Of a stretch of DNA of 64,000 nt, positions 58,701 to 64,000 are shown piece by piece (position 1 is the stretch's first letter; each line of letters starts with the position of its first letter). The notes under the pieces were generated by a model. That model was not told the origin of the DNA and did no database searches. It worked only from the letters and a program-made list of their open reading frames with translations. Made by a program: the position numbers and the translations under genes. Origin of the DNA: the human T2T-CHM13v2.0 reference genome, Homo sapiens; the NCBI RefSeq assembly GCF_009914755.1, contig NC_060928.1; one strand, written 5' to 3'.

Positions 58701-59809
58701 TCTACATAGACTTTCTAACCATCTAGCCTTTTCCATGGCCTACCACTGAAACTGTTTAGATTGATCAATCTCATTATAATAATTATGCCTTTTATTATGA
58801 CAAACTTTTTAACCTCTGCTCTCATGAACTGTCTATCTTATATTCTCTTTTTGGATTGAAATTGATCATGACTTCTTTGATAAAAATGTTTACCCTCTTT
58901 GAACATGATTTAGATTTCTCTGCAGCTAAGCTCTCTGTACTACTCCTGCTTAGGTCAGGCCAGGCTACTAGGTCTTCAATTTGGGGTATGCTCCACGAGC
59001 TAGAATTTTGAGGTCCACTGTGGAGCAGGGTCTAAAGACTATATGCCAATCCGGAGATGATAAATAGATAGATCGGTAGGTAGTTGATAGATAGATATCA
59101 CTAAATATGCATATATGTATATATATTCACACACCCTCCCATATACAGACATATATACTATCTGAAACTTCATTTTTCACCAAGAAGCTTTCTGTTACCT
59201 GTCTAATGTGTTGACCTGTTAGTTCCCTTGTCAGGTGTATCTGCTTCTCCATATTGAGCTATAATCACCTGTTTTTCTTTGCACACATGATATGAAAAGT
59301 ACAAGTTAATCTATTACATGAAAAGTGACATTGCAAGATTTAACTTATTCATGTATTTCAGACAAATAATAATTTATCAGTGATCCTTATGTTTATGCCT
59401 GATGGTAGGATATAAAAGGTTAATACTTTAACAGTAATAGCAACAACTTTTGTTAGTTATCTAGAGTACATAAAGAGTATGCTCTATATTATATTGCAGT
59501 ATTGAATAGGATTATATCATATACCAAGGTACAGTACAGTGTGGTGTAGTTTAACTCAGCATAGTAGAGTGCTGTAAAGTGAGTTTCCATTAATAAATTT
59601 ATTGAGGCCACATATCTTCAAGGTCATAAATATGATTGTGCAAGTACACTGCTCAGCCTATAAGGTGAGTAGAAGGTAAATTTTAAGTCATGGCTTTTTT
59701 TTTGCATAGCTTTATATTCTGGTTTAATGATGTTTCTGCTTTATCCAAAGACACCATATTTGTTAGAAAAAGTCTTACAGAGTACTGCTATATTAAGAAT
59801 ATATGTTTT

Positions 59810-60125
59810 GGCCTGGCGCGGTGGCTCACGCCTGTAATCCCAGCACTTTGGGAGGCTAAGGCAGGCGGATCATGAGGTCAGAAGATCAAGACCATCTTGG
59901 CTAACACGGTGAAACCCTATCTCTAATTGCTGTAAAAGTACAACAAATTAGCTGGGCGTGGTGGCAGGGGACTGTAGTCCCAGCTACTCAGGAGGCTGAG
60001 GTTGGAGAATGGCATGAACCCAGGAGGCAGAGCTTGCAGTGAACCGAGATCATGCCACTGCACTACAGCCTGGGCAACAGTGCAAGACTCTGTCTCAAAA
60101 AATAAAAAATATATATATATATATG
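59810..60125 (+). mobile_element. AluY with (TA)n tail
   Basis: AluY diagnostics; TSD tatatgtttt. Confidence 0.93.
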
Positions 60126-60272
60126 TATATGTTTTATATGTTTTATGCTGACAAGTTTTGTTGATCGCCTGTCAAAATGAAAGGCAGCACAGGGTGGTGT
60201 TAGAATAATAATGAATATGAATTTTGGATTTATACCTTTGTCGTTTTTGTTATTTGGTTGATTGATTGTTTC

Positions 60273-60578
60273 TTTTCCTTTCTTTTTTTTTTTTTTTTTT
60301 TGAGATGGAGTCTCACTGTGTCGCCCAGGCTGGAGTGAAGTGGTGTGATCTCTGCTCACTGAAACCTTCTGGGTTCAAGTGATTCTCCTGCCTCAGCCTC
60401 CCAAGCAGCTAGGGCTACACAGGCACAAACCACCACACCTGACTAATTTTTGTATTTTTAGTAAAGACAGGGTTTCACCATGTTGGCCAGCCTAGTCTCA
60501 AACTCCTGACCTCAAGTGCTCCACCACCTTGGCCTCCCAAAGTGCTGGGATTACAGTTGAGGGCCACCGTACCCTGCC
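60273..60578 (-). mobile_element. AluS (Sx/Sz-like)
   Basis: T tract and full antisense dimer. Confidence 0.92.
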
Positions 60579-60613
60579 AAGTTTGATTGGTTTAAGTTTG
60601 GAGTATATATGGG

Positions 60614-60641
60614 GTGTGTGTGTGTGTGGGTGTGTGTGTGT

Positions 60642-60680
<39 letters not shown>

Positions 60681-60686
60681 TATATA
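60614..60686. repeat. (TG)n(TA)n microsatellite
   Basis: Directly visible. Confidence 0.95.
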
Positions 60687-60691
60687 TTCTT

Positions 60692-60880
60692 CAATTCATC
60701 TTAAACTCATTCATTGGAATCATATGAGAAGCTTATTTGAAATGCATATTCACTTGTCTTTTTTTCCCCTACATTTCTGATTTAGTTGATTTGGATGTGA
60801 GATCTAAGATTCTAAATTTTTTATTGGCACTCCAAGTTAAATTTGATGCAATGTTGTCATGTACATTTTAAGAAACACTG
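60692..60880. mobile_element. MER5A-like hAT MITE remnant
   Basis: gaatcatatg..gcttatttgaaatgc..tttctgatttagt..ttttaagaaacactg. Confidence 0.6.
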
Positions 60881-62620
60881 CAACTGATTTTTTAAGTGAA
60901 TGAAACATTATATCTTCTTTGGCCCACCATTCTTGAGGTTATATTCATTAATTTAATCACTTCAAGCAGCACTAACAATAAACTACTTCTGGAAGATTAT
61001 GTCATCGATACTTTGATGAAGTTTTTCAACATATAATCATAAGTGTTAGTTTAAAACAAAGATTCCCTAGTGACTACGTGTTTTTCCATGAAAGTTAGGC
61101 TTATGTTTTTATTTATATAGTACATAAATTCTTAGTGTTCTCTCTTCATATATTTACTAATGATTACTAGGGAGAAATCATTAGGAGTAAAGCTTGGAAC
61201 CGAATTTAAATACTAAAGAGGAGCAAGGCAACTCTGTTATTGAACTATAACATGTATTAGATTGGCTTTAAGGGAGGCACAGAAATGTAATCTAGGGAAA
61301 CCCTATAAAACCAAATTAAAACAAATATATACCTTATGAGAGATTTTCTCTGTTTATTCCAGAAACGTACATATAAATCACCACCCTCATTTTCTTTCCA
61401 ATACTTTAGAAATATAAAATTGGAAAAATGACTAATGTGGAGATATGAAAAATTACTTTCAAGTAGTATGCAAAATATTTGTATATTTTATTGTTTCCTA
61501 GAAAGTTATTTCCACAGACATCTGTCTATATGCCATGGATATTCTCTTAAGTAAAGAATTGTTTTCTCTGTAATCAAGAGTTTCTTTTTTTTATTAACAA
61601 CACAAGAACATTTGATCCAACATCAGCACTCCAAAAGTTTTTGTTTTAAGACATAAAGTTTCAATTGAATTTTTTAATGGTGTATTTCCAGGTAACCCAA
61701 TGATATTCTGTAAGCATCCAATTTAATAGGGAGAAAACGTTGACTGAATGTATGCAATATTTTTTGTATTCTAAGTTAATGATAGCAAACACTGTTCCTA
61801 ATTTACTCTCCTGAATGTTTAGGTAGTAAAATCAAATATGTCGTGGTAGCCTATCATATTATAAGTGGATTCTCAATGATTAATTTTCAGCATGTAACCT
61901 GATGATCATAATATGTTGCATATCTCTTATTGTATATGCATGTGGTACTTTCTTATAAACTCCAATTAGGCAGAAAATAAAGTATATAATTGAAGATTTG
62001 GATTATGTGAACAATGTGTAATTATATTAAATAATATGCAATATGTAATGTAGAATTCTTTAAATAATGCATAAGTATCAGAAGATATTTTCTTCATCTT
62101 TCATAGTACATGTTAAAAGATTAGCTCTTTTATTGTCTTATTTATTAATTCACGAGATGTTTGTAATCTGGGAATTTTAGATACAGTATCAGGTTAGTTG
62201 TTTAGTTAGTCATTTAATTAAAATAAGTCACATTTTCATAATGTAGTAAAACGAACTTATTAATATCTTTAAACCAACGTGGCTATAAAATACCTACCTC
62301 CGTATTTTTGCTATATACATTAAAGTACTTTGTAGTATGTTTATACTTGTCACTATTATATAACAATATAAATATTTTTGTTATTATGATATAAGAAATG
62401 AAAGTATTTTAGATTTTTTAATGACTACTTGATTAATAGAAGCTGCTATTTATCTTTTAGGGAGGAAAGTTTAGATAAAAGCAGTGATAAGTGGATGATT
62501 GTCATTGGCACAATGTTACTTTAAAAAATAAAACCTAATTTATATACCATTATATATAATAAATAAATGACAGGACAAATTAATTTTACCTTGAAAAATG
62601 AAATACTCTTTTACGAAAGG

Positions 62621-63009
62621 CGTTACAAGTAAAACCTTAGACAAGTTAAATTTAACAGAGTTTAGTTAAGCAAAGAACTATTTCTGAATTGGGAGGCCTC
62701 TCAATTCCCAGAGAGACTTTGAGCAGCCACGTGGTGGAAGATTTATGGACAGAAAAAGGAAGGTGACATAGAGATAAGAGAAGTCAGGTACATAAACAGT
62801 TGGGTTGGTTACAGCCCAGCATTTACCTTATTTAAACACGGTTTGAATAGTTGGCACCCTTTGACTGGCCAAAACTTGGTGATTGGCACAAGAGTAGGTT
62901 AGAGTCTGTTTACACCTCCATGTAGGTATATGTCACTACGTACAGAGAAATCTTTAGACTGGACCTTAAATATGTAAGGAAGCAGCTTTAGGCTAAACTT
63001 GACTTAAGA
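62621..63009 (-). mobile_element. MER57-type ERV1 solo LTR
   Basis: Minus strand TTAAGTCAAGTTTAGCCTAAAGCTGCTTCCTTACATATTTAAG..CCAATCACC; approximate 4-bp TSD aagg/aggc. Confidence 0.85.
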
Positions 63010-63034
63010 AGGCAATACAACAGAATTACTGAAT

Positions 63035-63620
63035 TGTTTTATTAATTCATTCCACAAATATATACTGTCTTCCTTGTGCACAGGCTGAGGTAGAAACTGT
63101 GGATAAAATGACATGAAAATATATGTGTTTTTAGAGGTTGTAATCGAATAGAGAAAATGCAAAACTAAAACCAGCTGAAGAACAGTGATCAGATACATTT
63201 AGAGTGTTACAGGAGGGCACTTAACATTACAGGAGGATTCTCTCCAATGAATACGAAGGGAGAAGTTGAAGCATCATGGTGAAGCATAATTATTAAAACT
63301 ATGGAAAATAGGCTGGAGCTTCTCAGAGCAGTGTGAAATCTTGAAAAAATTTAAATAGGTGTCTAATAGGAGTATATTTTTATTCACAAAGATCGTTGTG
63401 TATGAAGTGTTTACAATGGATCAGACCTAGTGACAGAGAAACCATGTAGGCTGCTCTGCAATAATTTATTCAACATATATATAACATGGCCTTCTCTATG
63501 TTTGATAGTGTGTTAAATTTGAGGATACTGTGGAAAACAAAATAGGTATGGTACTTTTCATCATGGAGCTTACATTATATCAGCGCAACAAACTTGAAGC
63601 AAAATTGAAAACATGAATAT
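63035..63620 (-). mobile_element. L2 fragments
   Basis: ttcattccacaaatatat..; ttattcaacatat..gaggatactgtgg..catggagcttacatt. Confidence 0.55.
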
Positions 63621-64000
63621 ATATATCCCTATGTTATATTACTAAATATTAACCAAATACTGTTTGATTTTCCCCTTCTCACACTTGTAACACAATGGTA
63701 TTTTTTCTCTGTCCACAGTGGAAGGTGGAAAACATGGTCAGAACTAACTATAAAGTTTCGGAACAAGAAACTCTCTTATTTGTTTTTGCCTTAGAAAACC
63801 TAGATAACACAAGGCCTAGAGAAAATAAAGAGAAACAAATAAAAAAAAAGGAAAAGGGAGAACAGGCTATTTAAGTAAATAATGTGTTTATGTATTTTAC
63901 TGAGTATTTAAGTACATATTTTAAAATAGTGGAAAACACTGTAGAGAAGAATAAACTACATGGAAAGATAATATCTGGGTAGAGACAGATCATTCATCAA

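Overview
AT-rich, gene-poor human genomic DNA (intergenic or deep intronic). An AluYb8 with its diagnostic 7-bp duplication places it in Homo sapiens. I find no credible protein-coding exon or RNA gene, and the recognisable ORFs in the track derive from Alu, L1, LTR or microsatellite sequence. Most of the window is layered transposable elements: a MER31/MER4-group provirus, several L1s of different ages, about a dozen Alus, MaLR and ERVL LTRs, MER30, MER75, MER5, MIR and L2. Three structures stand out. (1) A single LTR-element insertion at 13066-16106 has one perfect TSD (TATAG) but mismatched LTRs: an ERVL MLT2A2 5' LTR is joined exactly at the tRNA-Leu PBS to a THE1 (MaLR) interior and a THE1 3' LTR, which looks like a fossil of ERVL/MaLR co-packaging and intermolecular strand transfer. 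(2) A probable L1 3' transduction carried an ancient L1ME fragment into an LTR. (3) Two AluY copies about 12 kb apart share a ~90-nt apparent gene-conversion tract. Family and subfamily names come from recalled consensus sequences, not a database search, and boundaries without a TSD are approximate.
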